From Thermodesulfobacteriota bacterium (GTDB lineage Bacteria; Desulfobacterota_D; UBA1144; Nemesobacterales; Mycalebacteriaceae), in contig OZ245366.1 of the NCBI GenBank assembly GCA_965226585.1, positions 1,344,001-1,408,000 on the forward strand: 64,000 nt of DNA. The letters run 5' to 3'. The position numbers and the translations under genes are program-made. Position 1 is the stretch's first letter; every line of letters begins with the position of its first letter. The notes beneath the pieces were generated by a model. That model was not told the origin of the DNA and made no database searches. It worked only from the letters and a program-made list of their open reading frames with translations. Below, piece by piece: positions 28,801 through 37,779 of the stretch.

Positions 28801-31290
28801 TATGTTGGCAATAACTCCATCCATGACATGTGGACTCACGGCTAACCCGCCCGCGTTAATGGCGTAACTGCCGTCTCCCACCGAAAAAATTTCTGCGTCA
28901 TCCTTGATGTCCAGAACCGTTTTTGTTGAACTCGCACCGCGTGTCGGGCTACTCGGGTTAAATCCCGCATTCGCTCTAATTGCGGTTGATGAATCGCCGT
29001 ATGAATACACTTTTGAGTGTCCGTTGATTATGATGGAAGGGGGTTTTTCAGCACCTTCCACCGATATCGCCGCGCTCCGGACGCCGCTGGAGTGGATTTG
29101 CGGGGAATCCCCACCTCTGCCGATATACATTCTAAGTGTTCCCTGAGTACCGCTTATAAAGTTGACCGCCGCGCTTCTGTCCCCTACTGAGAAAACTTCC
29201 ACGCTGTCATAAATTCTCAACTCCGCGGTTCCTGCCTGAGAGTTAATCCTAACCCCGCTTCCGTCCGCGCCGTTTGCCCACACTTTCGCGCTATCCATTA
29301 AGGTTATGAGTTGAAAGGTGGTGCCGCCTGAATCCATAAGCAGTCCTGTTCCCCCGCCGTTGGTGAAAACCCGGGAAGAGTCGAAAATACGAGCATTTAC
29401 CCACTTTGTTGATGTTCCGGCTCCGCGAACGCGCGCGGCATATCCACTGCCGAGTGTATAGACTTGCGAACTTCCTTGTATATCAAGGCGCGCCCTTGCT
29501 TTGCTGTAAATATCCAAGCCGTCTGTTCCCGCTCCGTCCGCCGTTACTTTTGCGGAGCCCTTCACATTGAACCAGATTTCCCCGTCGGTTGACCTTGTGT
29601 TGTCCACTAAAGCCGCAATTCCGCCGTCTCCGTTAGCGGAAAGCACCGATGAGCCGTCCAAGCTGACAACAATTTTGCCCTGTGACGGATTGATAAGAAG
29701 TCCGCGACCTCCGCTCCGTCCGCTTACTTCCGCGCTGCCGCTCATTTCAAATGTTTTTGTCCCGCCTGTGTCTTGACTCAAATCAACCGCGATTCCGCCG
29801 CCGTTTGCCGTTACCCGCGAGTCGCCTGAAACCACAACACGCCCCAATCCCCTGACTGCCGTGCCGGTCGCGCCTTGTGTCCACACCCGCGCCTTGCCTG
29901 AAATATCCACCCTTCCGGTTGTTGTTATCGCGTTGCTGTCTGCGCCGTTAGCCCATATTTTCGCGCCGCCTGAAACGGCTACTGTTCCAGTCGCCCTTAC
30001 GGTTGAAGCCTCATCTGCGGCTGTCCAAATCCCTCCCGTTTCGTCAAGTGTGATTGTTAAGGTTCCCGCAGTTTTGGCATTGATGGCGACACCGCCCCTG
30101 CCGTTGGCATAGATTACTGAACCGGTGTCTCCGGTGATGTTTATGTCGCCGTTTATTGATGTTGCATCAACACCTATCCCGGCTTGGTCAGCTATGGAAG
30201 TACTAATTCCGTAGGCTTCCGTATAGGCTGAATTCAGTTGACCTCTTCCCCTTCCCTCAATTAGCCCACTTGAGAGTGTAATATCAATATCTCCGTCAAC
30301 CGTGTTTGCTATAACTCCGTTTCTGCCGACTATGGTGGATACACCGTTCAACAAATTTATCTCTATGCTTCCGGCACCTCCGGTAACCGCCGCCAAACCG
30401 TAGGAGTCTCCCACGGATGAAGCCACGATTTCCGCCTGATCCGTCAGGTTGACCGTTATGTCGCCGCTTGCGCTTGTGGCTGTCGCGGCTTTGGTGTCAG
30501 ACGCCAAATCCCGCATTCCGCCCACATAAGAATAGATTCCCGAATAGATGCCCAAAAACGAAAGTTCAATGTCTCCGGCTTGCGTCTCCATCTCAATGCC
30601 TTTTGTCTCGCCCGCCACTCTAAAGTCGTAGTCATAAATCTCAACCTTCTCTACTTCAATCACTGTGCCGGTCAAAATATTATAAGGAACTTGCACGCCG
30701 TCTCTGATTGTAGAATGCTCATATATGGGTATAGGCAGTATGTCAGCCGCATCCGGCAGTGGGTACACCTCAATTCTGCTTTTTCCGCTGAACTCCGCCA
30801 CCGCTTTCCCGCTCTGGCTTGATATGTAAATGCCGTTGCCGGTGCCAACTCCGTCAATGTTAATAACTGAACCGTTGTGAATCCCCACCACCGCGTCTCC
30901 GGTGCCGGCTTTTACAACGGCAACGGTGCCTCTTCTTCCGTCTTTGTCTGCGCGCGCCGCGCCGTCAAGTATAAAGGTCGCGCCCCGCGCACCGCCAACA
31001 TCTATGGTGGAACCGCCGGTTGCGGTTGTTTTTATAACCGAGCCGGTTGCGGAAAAAGCGGCGTCCGCTCCCGCCGCTGTGGTGTTGACCGTAACGGCGG
31101 TTGCGTCTGTAACTTTAGTTGGTGAACCGTCTGTGATTGTTAATGTGGCATCTCCCGATGATTTGGTACAGGAAAGAGCGCCGCCCGCGGGCGTTACCGC
31201 GCCGCAGTCTGCCTGAGCATACGATTGATGGTGTGGTGTAAAAGCGAATAAAAGGGCGAGCAGAGAAAAGACTGTTAGTTGTTTGCGCAT
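25873..31290 (-). CDS. AT5: autotransporter-like adhesin, 1805 aa
   Basis: Signal peptide MRKQLTVFSLLALLFAFTPHHQSYA and a beta-helix passenger. The last ~500 aa are nearly identical to AT2 and end GGVNYSF. Confidence 0.9.
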   Translation of the reverse strand: MRKQLTVFSLLALLFAFTPHHQSYAQADCGAVTPAGGALSCTKSSGDATLTITDGSPTKVTDATAVTVNTTAAGADAAFSATGSVIKTTATGGSTIDVGGARGATFILDGAARADKDGRRGTVAVVKAGTGDAVVGIHNGSVINIDGVGTGNGIYISSQSGKAVAEFSGKSRIEVYPLPDAADILPIPIYEHSTIRDGVQVPYNILTGTVIEVEKVEIYDYDFRVAGETKGIEMETQAGDIELSFLGIYSGIYSYVGGMRDLASDTKAATATSASGDITVNLTDQAEIVASSVGDSYGLAAVTGGAGSIEINLLNGVSTIVGRNGVIANTVDGDIDITLSSGLIEGRGRGQLNSAYTEAYGISTSIADQAGIGVDATSINGDINITGDTGSVIYANGRGGVAINAKTAGTLTITLDETGGIWTAADEASTVRATGTVAVSGGAKIWANGADSNAITTTGRVDISGKARVWTQGATGTAVRGLGRVVVSGDSRVTANGGGIAVDLSQDTGGTKTFEMSGSAEVSGRSGGRGLLINPSQGKIVVSLDGSSVLSANGDGGIAALVDNTRSTDGEIWFNVKGSAKVTADGAGTDGLDIYSKARARLDIQGSSQVYTLGSGYAARVRGAGTSTKWVNARIFDSSRVFTNGGGTGLLMDSGGTTFQLITLMDSAKVWANGADGSGVRINSQAGTAELRIYDSVEVFSVGDRSAAVNFISGTQGTLRMYIGRGGDSPQIHSSGVRSAAISVEGAEKPPSIIINGHSKVYSYGDSSTAIRANAGFNPSSPTRGASSTKTVLDIKDDAEIFSVGDGSYAINAGGLAVSPHVMDGVIANIRGRATVRANGAGSTAIRAIGLQAPSIITISDTASVGVTEGNSNAIFASSDPGPLARHDINQRHGDMNVRVIGSAQVFAHGDSSIGLRVHAKDASARASAEGTSKIWTNGVDSATVRMQSGNRRPTTFVVESGAEVWSDGDRSKTVFANTDAQKTIVHANGAIFANGDGSKVIETVSLRQNSEIWLGGPGNSIFANGVGSTVVDAVSRDAHAIINAAWSNGSADDAGGIKREITADGMGGIGLNARVTGGGQSIIYVRDGAAVRAGGAGGRAIIATTASGHAQVYMRPFSAAHTVAADADTISVSTTTGAVTVDVSAGSVVNATAGNAVTIAAGDIAADSTGGVIKIVTHAAETTAGGTALDAGSITGILQTSGRAETFENNGSFTGSGSMGAGDDVVNNRGTFTLTGDFDMGAGDDTFVNLDGGTVAGDDTHTITPTPTTPTPASSGAQSSPSRHSASSPSRHSSAPSRHSVPDTESSIQLANQYWIPASAGMTGEAGMTGEGSASGDSRFRLSSTPEREPERATINFGEGDDHFINEGTIVLAGAGGFNGLDKITFGANSTLVVSADPEEMNDKPLIDIEGEITAEDIEGFRVRVDVPGTHINEYTIFEADDLPEGEERQEVVERLSAAAGERVSVETDGDGNLFLTAMSLKDASLDIYDSLIQSAYRADRSFATKLSSGCGYGSAASDEIAGDFWTGCVWATSGGRYTRYSSAINYDEDVYTFTGGVSAPFNSILVSVAGGYEISNLDMDVMTDEGRADASGEATRFMGGIFASTIVDRYMVDGRFQYVSTSWESTRTAGDNRYTADTNATVFGGALGAAMPFLSGSFALFPRIEIGASYVTAGAFDETSLTNTPEARADAFKVKDTSEILVYVSPSFEARSPLSETVNMRIRVGADIHILNPEAELEATLDGGNVPRSGGQDRIMFNYGAGFEYTPYAPLRELSVRIDYDGGMSASFDTFVQEFRGGVNYSF
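27301..27443. repeat. In-frame copy of the palindromic unit inside AT5
   Basis: Partial head, full unit and two tails; encodes PSRHSASSPSRHSSAPSRHSVPDTESSIQLANQYWIPASAGMTGEAGMT. Confidence 0.95.
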
Positions 31291-31359
31291 GGTTTATCTT
31301 GCGGGATTAAACTGTTTGGTTAGTTACGGCGGGAAATCTAAATGTAAATTGGCTTGTTT

Positions 31360-32271
31360 TCAACCAACCTTTTCTCCCGCCTCCACTTTCACCCCTCTGA
31401 GAAAATCCCCCGCAGGCATGGATTTTCTGCCTTCAAGTTGCAACTCCTCCACCTCAATCGCGCCTTCTCCGGCGGCAATAATCAGCCGGTCGCGGCAAAT
31501 GAGAACCTCTCCGGGCTTTCCGCTTCCGCCCGACAAAACGGCGCGCTTTATCTTTAGCATCTTTCCGCCCAAAACGGTGAACGCGCCGGGCCACGGAAAT
31601 GTTCCCCTTATCAAATTGCGTATCTCCTCAGGCGGTTTTGCCCAGTCTATCCTTCCGTCCTCTTTTTTCAGAACAGGGGCGTATGTCGCAAGCGAATCAT
31701 CTTGCGGCTCAGGGCGGGCGGTTCCGCTTTCCACGGATGAAAGAGTCTCAGCCATAAGCCGCGCCCCCTCTCCCGCAAGACGGCGCGCCAGTTGCTCAGA
31801 GTTTTCATCATCGCCAATCGCAACCTCTCTTTTCAGCAGAATATCGCCCGAATCCAGTTTGTCGTTTATCAGCATTGTTGTAACGCCGGTTTTCCTGTCG
31901 CCCGCCATCACGGCGCGGTTTATCGGAGACGCGCCCCGGTAGCGCGGAAGCAGAGAGGCGTGAAGGTTGATAAACCTTCCGGGCGCAGTCGCAAGAAGGT
32001 CGCGGGGAATAATTTTTCCGTAGGCAACAACACAAACCGCATCGGGCTTTATCCGCTTAAACTCTTCGTTGAGTTCACCCGGAGATTCAGGCTGAAAAAC
32101 GGGAATTGATAAATCCAGAGCAAGTTTTTTGACGGCGGAAGGCGACACGCGCCCTCCCCGCCCCGCAGGTTTGTCCGGCATTGAAACGACTGCGGAAACT
32201 TTGCGGTTTTCCGCAAGCAGACGCAGAGAGACCGCCGCGAATTCCGGTGTTCCCATAAATATGATGTTCAT
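31360..32271 (-). CDS. fmt: Methionyl-tRNA formyltransferase
   Basis: MNIIFMGTPEFA start; VVAYGKI, NLHASLLPRYRGASPI, LDSGDI and FPWPGA motifs. Confidence 0.97.
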   Translation of the reverse strand: MNIIFMGTPEFAAVSLRLLAENRKVSAVVSMPDKPAGRGGRVSPSAVKKLALDLSIPVFQPESPGELNEEFKRIKPDAVCVVAYGKIIPRDLLATAPGRFINLHASLLPRYRGASPINRAVMAGDRKTGVTTMLINDKLDSGDILLKREVAIGDDENSEQLARRLAGEGARLMAETLSSVESGTARPEPQDDSLATYAPVLKKEDGRIDWAKPPEEIRNLIRGTFPWPGAFTVLGGKMLKIKRAVLSGGSGKPGEVLICRDRLIIAAGEGAIEVEELQLEGRKSMPAGDFLRGVKVEAGEKVG

Positions 32272-32289
32272 ACGGCTTTCAAACGGCTT

Positions 32290-34062
32290 CTAAACTTCAA
32301 CCTTTCTGAGCCCCAGTTCCGCCATCTGTTCGGAATCTATCTCTGACGGCGCGCCCGTGAGCGGGCAGGCTCCCTTCTGCGTTTTTGGAAACGCCGTAAC
32401 CTCTCTTATCGTATTGCGCCCCGCAACCATCATCACAATTCTGTCAAGCCCCAAAGCCACGCCGCCGTGCGGAGGCGCGCCGTATTCAAGCGCCCTGAGG
32501 AAAAACCCGAACTGCTCATTCACCGCGCCCGAATCCATTCCTATCGCCTTCAAAACGGTCTCCTGAAGCTCCTTTCTATGTATCCTGATACTGCCGCCGC
32601 CCAGTTCCACACCGTTCAAAACTATGTCGTAAGCGCGTGAAAATGCTTCCAATGGATTAGTCTCTATCTTCTCCCCGCTTCCGGGGGCGGGAGCCGTGAA
32701 CGGATGGTGAACCGCCTTGAGCCGCCCTCCGGGTTCACGCTCAAACATGGGGAAATTCTCAACCCACACAAACTTGTATTGCCCGTCTTTTATAAGCCCA
32801 AGCCGCCCGGCGGCGGAAATCCTGACGGCGGAAAGAACAGCGTTGACGGTCTCAGCGTCTCCCGCCCCGAAAAATATAAGCCCTTCGCCTTTGCCCGCAA
32901 GCCCCGTCTTTTCAAGCAGACTTGACTTTTCGGTCTCAGAGAGAAACTTTGCCACCGGAGACTGCCACTGCCCGTCTGCGGTTATCCGTATCCACGCAAG
33001 CCCTCCCGCGCCCATTGCTATCGCCTCTTCGGTCATCTCGTCTATGTCTTTGCGGGCAATGGCGGAAGAGTTTTCCGCAACCGCAAACGCCTTCACAATT
33101 CCGCCCTTTTTGAGAGCGGAGGAGAAAACCTTAAATTCCGAGTTTTCAAACACGGCGGACACATCGCGCAGTTCAAGGGCGAATCTCATGTCGGGATGGT
33201 CGTTTCCGTAACGTTCCATCGCGTCTGTATAGTCAATCCTCTCAAACGGCGTGTCCGCCGTTATCCCGCCCGCAGAGAAGCACTCTTTTATAAGCCCCTC
33301 CACAACGCCCATAATTTCCGCCTCGTCTGCAAACGCCATCTCCATATCTATCTGCGAAAACTCCGGCTGTCTGTCGGCGCGAAGGTCTTCATCTCTGAAA
33401 CAGCGCGCCACCTGATAATAGCGGTTGAAGCCCGAAGCCATCAGTATCTGTTTTAGTATCTGGGGAGACTGCGGAAGGGCGTAGAACTGCCCCCCGGTTT
33501 GGCGGCAGGGAACAACAAAATCTCTCGCGCCTTCGGGAGTGGCTTTTGTCAGCAGAGGGGTTTCAATCTCAGCAAAACCGGATTTTTCAAGATAAGACCG
33601 CGCGGCGGAAACCACCTTGTGGCGCAAAACAATGGCGTCTTTCATCACGGGGCGGCGAAGGTCGAGAAACCTGTATTTCATCCTCACGGGCTCATCGGCG
33701 CGCGCCTCATTGTCAACCGGAAAAGGCAGTTCGGGGCAGGTATTGAACACTTCCGCGTCTGAGGCAACTATCTCTATCTCCCCGGTCGGCATGGATTCGT
33801 TCACCATCGCGGATTCCCTCGCCACAACCTTGCCCTTTACCGCTATCACCCATTCGCTTCTGAAACTGTCGGCAAGAGAGTGAGGTCCCCCTCTTGACGG
33901 GTCAAAAACCGCCTGCACAATGCCGCCGTGGTCGCGTATGTCTATGAATATCACCCCGCCGTGGTCGCGGCTTGACTGAACCCAGCCCATAACCGTAACC
34001 TCGCGCCCCTCATCGGAAGCGCGCAAATCGCCGCAAACATCTGTTCTTTTCCACTCTTTCAT
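32290..34062 (-). CDS. aspS: Aspartate--tRNA ligase (probably non-discriminating Asp/Asn type)
   Basis: RDHGGVIFID, PEGARDF, FRDEDLRADRQPEF, GGGSIRIH and YGAPPHGG motifs. Confidence 0.97.
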   Translation of the reverse strand: MKEWKRTDVCGDLRASDEGREVTVMGWVQSSRDHGGVIFIDIRDHGGIVQAVFDPSRGGPHSLADSFRSEWVIAVKGKVVARESAMVNESMPTGEIEIVASDAEVFNTCPELPFPVDNEARADEPVRMKYRFLDLRRPVMKDAIVLRHKVVSAARSYLEKSGFAEIETPLLTKATPEGARDFVVPCRQTGGQFYALPQSPQILKQILMASGFNRYYQVARCFRDEDLRADRQPEFSQIDMEMAFADEAEIMGVVEGLIKECFSAGGITADTPFERIDYTDAMERYGNDHPDMRFALELRDVSAVFENSEFKVFSSALKKGGIVKAFAVAENSSAIARKDIDEMTEEAIAMGAGGLAWIRITADGQWQSPVAKFLSETEKSSLLEKTGLAGKGEGLIFFGAGDAETVNAVLSAVRISAAGRLGLIKDGQYKFVWVENFPMFEREPGGRLKAVHHPFTAPAPGSGEKIETNPLEAFSRAYDIVLNGVELGGGSIRIHRKELQETVLKAIGMDSGAVNEQFGFFLRALEYGAPPHGGVALGLDRIVMMVAGRNTIREVTAFPKTQKGACPLTGAPSEIDSEQMAELGLRKVEV

Positions 34063-34074
34063 TGGATAACCGCC

Positions 34075-34740
34075 TTACGGATTTTTCTTTTTCTCTCCGG
34101 AGCCCGGAACACCGAACCTTCTTTCAAGTTCCCTGTCTATGTCGGACGGCGAAAGCCCCTGCTCCGCCAGCAGAACAAGGCAGTGAAACCAAAGGTCTGC
34201 CGTCTCAGACACAAGTTCCTCAGGGTCTGAATTTTTTGCCGCGATAACGGTTTCGCCCGCTTCTTCGGCTATTTTTCTCGCTATCCTGTCCGTTCCGCCC
34301 TCAAAAAGAGCGTTTGTGTACGAGCCCTCTTTCGGGTTCCGTTTTCTGTCTTCAACCGTGCGGAAAACCTTGCCGAGTGTCGCCATCGCGCCTTTTTCAA
34401 AAGCCGGAGCCAAACTTCTTTTGCCGTTACCGGCGGTGTAAAAACAGGTTTCCTCTCCCGTGTGGCACGAGGGTCCGGTCGGTTCCACAAGCACCAGAAC
34501 ACAGTCGCGGTCGCAGTCAAACAGTATCTCTTTCACTTTTTGAAAATTGCCGGACTCTTCGCCCTTGTTCCACAGTTTTTTGCGCGAGCGGCTCCAGAAA
34601 TGTGTTGTTCCGGTCTCGCGGGTTTTTTTAAGCGCGTCTTCATTTGCCCACGCCATCATAAGCACCCTTCCGTTTTCGCAGTCTTGCACTATCACGGGAA
34701 CAAGCCCGTCATTTCCGAACTTTATTGTTTTTGTGTCCAT
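34075..34740 (-). CDS. hisIE: Bifunctional phosphoribosyl-AMP cyclohydrolase / phosphoribosyl-ATP pyrophosphatase
   Basis: FWSRSR…[36 protein letters not shown] and ADLWFH motifs. Start placed at MDTKT. Confidence 0.95.
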   Translation of the reverse strand: MDTKTIKFGNDGLVPVIVQDCENGRVLMMAWANEDALKKTRETGTTHFWSRSRKKLWNKGEESGNFQKVKEILFDCDRDCVLVLVEPTGPSCHTGEETCFYTAGNGKRSLAPAFEKGAMATLGKVFRTVEDRKRNPKEGSYTNALFEGGTDRIARKIAEEAGETVIAAKNSDPEELVSETADLWFHCLVLLAEQGLSPSDIDRELERRFGVPGSGEKKKNP

Positions 34741-34820
34741 TGCCGTCTTTCCAATCAACGCGATTGTGCTATATTACACGCACAAGCGGCTTATCAACAG
34801 TCGCGCCCGGAGGGGAAAAA

Positions 34821-35123
34821 ATGGCAAGAGTTACAATAGAAGACTGCATGGAGGTTGTGGGCAACAGGTTCGCGCTTTCCGTGGTGGCGATGAAAAGAGC
34901 CAAACAGATTGTTATGAAAAAAGCGGGAATTCTTGAAAAAGAGAAAAAACTCGCGGAAGTGGATACCGATGTCGCGGCAACCGATGAGATTCCGGCGGCT
35001 GAGGTTGTTGAGAGAAACATAGACAAAAGTTCCGCCATTCAGGAAGAGCACAAACCCGTGCTGAGCGCTCTCAAGGAGATAGCGGAGAAAAACCTGAATT
35101 TTCACCGCCCGGACGGAAAATAG
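34821..35123 (+). CDS. rpoZ: RNA polymerase omega subunit
   Basis: MARVTIEDC…NRFAL…KRAKQ…KPVLSALKEIAE; GGAGGGG ribosome-binding site upstream. Confidence 0.92.
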   Translation: MARVTIEDCMEVVGNRFALSVVAMKRAKQIVMKKAGILEKEKKLAEVDTDVAATDEIPAAEVVERNIDKSSAIQEEHKPVLSALKEIAEKNLNFHRPDGK

Positions 35124-35148
35124 AGACTGATCCGCGCGCGCGCCGCCA

Positions 35149-37104
35149 ATGAGCTCCGCCCTTAAAATAGGAGTTGATGTCGGTGGCACTTTCACCGACA
35201 TTGTTCTGTTTGACCGCAATGCGGTAAAAATCCATAAAATCCCGTCCACGCCCTCAGACCCTTCGGTTGCCGTTACCGAAGGCGTGATGTTCTTCACCGG
35301 AGGCAGTCCGCGGGGGGCGGAAGTTATTCACGGCACAACGGTCGCCACAAACACCCTTCTTGAAAGAAAAGGCGCGAAAACCGCCCTTGTAACAACACGC
35401 GGTTTTGAAGACGCAATAGAGATAGGCAGACAAAACCGGGAAAAACTTTACGACCTTTTCTGGGAAAAAAGCCCCGGTCTTGTGCCTTCCCGCCTGCGTG
35501 TGGGGGTTGCGGAAAGAATGGATTTCGGCGGCGCGGTTATTGAGAAACTTTCAAAAAAAGAAGCCGCGAGAATTGCCGGGAAGATAAAAAAACTTGGCGC
35601 GGAATCGGTTGCGGTCTGTTTTCTTCACTCCTACGCGAACCCGTCTCATGAGCAAGCCGCCGGAAAGGAACTTGAAAAACTGGGCATTCCCGTCTCCCTT
35701 TCGTCTGTTGTGTCTCCCGAATTCAGGGAGTTTGAGCGGGCTTCCACAACCTCGGCAAACGCCTACCTTATTCCGAAAGTTTCAAACTACATAAAATCGC
35801 TTTCGTCATCCCTTGCGGGGGCAAAGGTGTCTATCGTGCAATCAAGCGGGGGCGTAACATCTCCCGAAAAAGTTGCGGCTGAACCCGTAAGAATAGCCAC
35901 TTCGGGACCCGCCGCCGGTGTTGCCGGGGCTTTCAAGATAGCAAAACAGATGGGCGAAAAAAAGATTATCACCCTCGACATGGGCGGCACTTCAACAGAC
36001 GTCTCAATATGTGACGGCGCGCCGGCGTTTTCATCGGGAGGCAATGTGGGGGGAATTCCGCTCAGAACCCCTTGCATAGACATCTCCACCGTGGGGGCGG
36101 GCGGCGGCTCCATAGCGCGGATGGATTCGGGCGGAATTTTGAAAACCGGACCCCAAAGCGCGGGCGCGGAGCCCGGACCCGCCTGCTACGGAAAGGGGAA
36201 ACTGCCAACCGTAACAGACGCGAATGTTGTTCTCGGAAGGATTGAGCCGTCCCGTTTTCTTGGCGGAAGAAAAAAGATATTCCCCGAAAAAGCGGTTGCC
36301 GCGATTGAAACGCTCAAAGGCGGAAAAAAAACAGACGCGCGCGAAAAGGCGGATGCGGTTGTGAGGGTGGTCAACTCGTCTATGGAGAGGCTGATAAGGG
36401 TGATGGCGGCGGAAAGGGGCGTTGACCCCAGAGAGTTTGCGCTGTTCGGATTCGGAGGCGCGGCGGGGCTTCACTGTTGCGACCTCGCCCTTGAAACCGG
36501 AATGGAAAAGGTGATATTCCCCGCCTGCCCCGCCGCCCTCTCCGCTCTCGGAATGTTGCTGTCAGACATTTACCGCGATTATGTAAAAAGCTGTTTCGCC
36601 CGCCTTCCGGGGCAAACGCGCCTGATAAAAAAAACGCTCGCAGAACTTGAAAAAACCGCCCGCAAAGAGCACGGCGGCGGAAAGGGAGAGGCGGAGGTTT
36701 TTGTTGACGCGAGATACGGGGGGCAGTCGCACGAGATAACCGTTCCGTTTTCAAGCGGAGCGGCGGATGATTTTCACCGCCTTCACAACAAAATGTTCGG
36801 CTACGCGATGAAAGACAGACCCGTTGAAACAACCGCCGCCCGCGTCCGCTTTCACGGCGAAAAAAGCCGGATACAACTTCCCGAAATCGCAAAGGGCGGA
36901 AAGAAACCGTCTGCCGGAAAAAAAGATATATGGACACTCGGCGGGTGGCGGAAATTCAAAGTGTACGAGCGCGGAGAGATAGGCGGCGGCTTCAGGTTTG
37001 ACGGTCCCGCCCTTGTGCTTGAAGACAGCACCGTTTTGATGATAACGCCTGAATTTGCCTGCGAAACGGACAGGCGCGGAAACATAACCGGGAGAAGAAA
37101 ATGA
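35149..37104 (+). CDS. Hydantoinase/oxoprolinase family protein (A subunit)
   Basis: IGVDVGGTFTD, HGTTVATNTLLER, DMGGTSTDVS, GAGGGSIA, GPQSAGAEPGPACYG and TVTDAN motifs. Confidence 0.92.
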   Translation: MSSALKIGVDVGGTFTDIVLFDRNAVKIHKIPSTPSDPSVAVTEGVMFFTGGSPRGAEVIHGTTVATNTLLERKGAKTALVTTRGFEDAIEIGRQNREKLYDLFWEKSPGLVPSRLRVGVAERMDFGGAVIEKLSKKEAARIAGKIKKLGAESVAVCFLHSYANPSHEQAAGKELEKLGIPVSLSSVVSPEFREFERASTTSANAYLIPKVSNYIKSLSSSLAGAKVSIVQSSGGVTSPEKVAAEPVRIATSGPAAGVAGAFKIAKQMGEKKIITLDMGGTSTDVSICDGAPAFSSGGNVGGIPLRTPCIDISTVGAGGGSIARMDSGGILKTGPQSAGAEPGPACYGKGKLPTVTDANVVLGRIEPSRFLGGRKKIFPEKAVAAIETLKGGKKTDAREKADAVVRVVNSSMERLIRVMAAERGVDPREFALFGFGGAAGLHCCDLALETGMEKVIFPACPAALSALGMLLSDIYRDYVKSCFARLPGQTRLIKKTLAELEKTARKEHGGGKGEAEVFVDARYGGQSHEITVPFSSGAADDFHRLHNKMFGYAMKDRPVETTAARVRFHGEKSRIQLPEIAKGGKKPSAGKKDIWTLGGWRKFKVYERGEIGGGFRFDGPALVLEDSTVLMITPEFACETDRRGNITGRRK

Positions 37105-37697
37105 CCGGCGGACAAATGGACTCTCTGTTTATAGACGCGCTGGAAAAAAACATATCCGCCCAAACCCCGCGCGCGATTGAAATACCTGCGGACACGCTTC
37201 AGGCGGCGGTGATGGCAATCCTCAAAAACGGACGGGGCGGTGTGGAACTGTGCTTCATAAAACGCTCCGTTCACCCGCTTGACAGATTTTCGGGACACAT
37301 GGCTTTTCCCGGCGGAACAAGGGAAACAAACGACCGCGACATACTCGCCACCGCCGTCAGGGAAACACGCGAGGAGATAGGGCTGGACATAGAAAAAAAC
37401 GCGAGAATCGCGGGCAGGCTTGATGACGAGATGCCCCGCCCGGCTCCGGCGGACAAAACGGGAAGGTCTTACGTTGTAACGCCTTTTGTGTGCGCCCTTA
37501 CCGCAAGCGGGGCGGAAAAAGCGGCAACGCACGACAGGGGCGAAGTTGAGCGGGTGTTCTGGATGCCGGTGGATGAACTCAAGAAAACGGACGGCGGGTC
37601 TTCGTCACCTTCGTCACCTGAATTTTTCTGCAGAGAGCAGAGGATATGGGGAATGACGGCGAGAATAGTGGACAACCTTCTTAAATTTCTGCCGTGA
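37101..37697 (+). CDS. Nudix hydrolase, CoA pyrophosphatase-like
   Basis: SGHMAFPGG…AVRETREEIGL Nudix box; IWGMTA. Confidence 0.88.
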   Translation: MTGGQMDSLFIDALEKNISAQTPRAIEIPADTLQAAVMAILKNGRGGVELCFIKRSVHPLDRFSGHMAFPGGTRETNDRDILATAVRETREEIGLDIEKNARIAGRLDDEMPRPAPADKTGRSYVVTPFVCALTASGAEKAATHDRGEVERVFWMPVDELKKTDGGSSSPSSPEFFCREQRIWGMTARIVDNLLKFLP

Positions 37698-37713
37698 AAA
37701 CCGCTCGCAAGTA

Positions 37714-37742
37714 TTGGAACTGTCCGCCCGTGCGTATACAAT
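37714..37742 (+). promoter_or_regulatory. Possible sigma70 promoter for ssb
   Basis: TTGGAA, 17 bp, TACAAT; GGAGG ribosome-binding site before the ATG at 37780. Confidence 0.45.
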
Positions 37743-37779
37743 CAAATGACATCAAAAAAAACCGCGTTTTGGAGGAACT

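Noticed and set aside
42..31216. Numerous plus-strand ORFs rich in T/V/A/P
   Set aside because: Antisense shadows of the repetitive autotransporter codons; they mirror the minus-strand repeats.
1..31290. Diversity-generating retroelement or invertase shufflon as the source of adhesin variation
   Set aside because: No reverse transcriptase, no adenine-specific TR/VR pair and no site-specific recombinase in the window; all five genes have their own starts and the same orientation.
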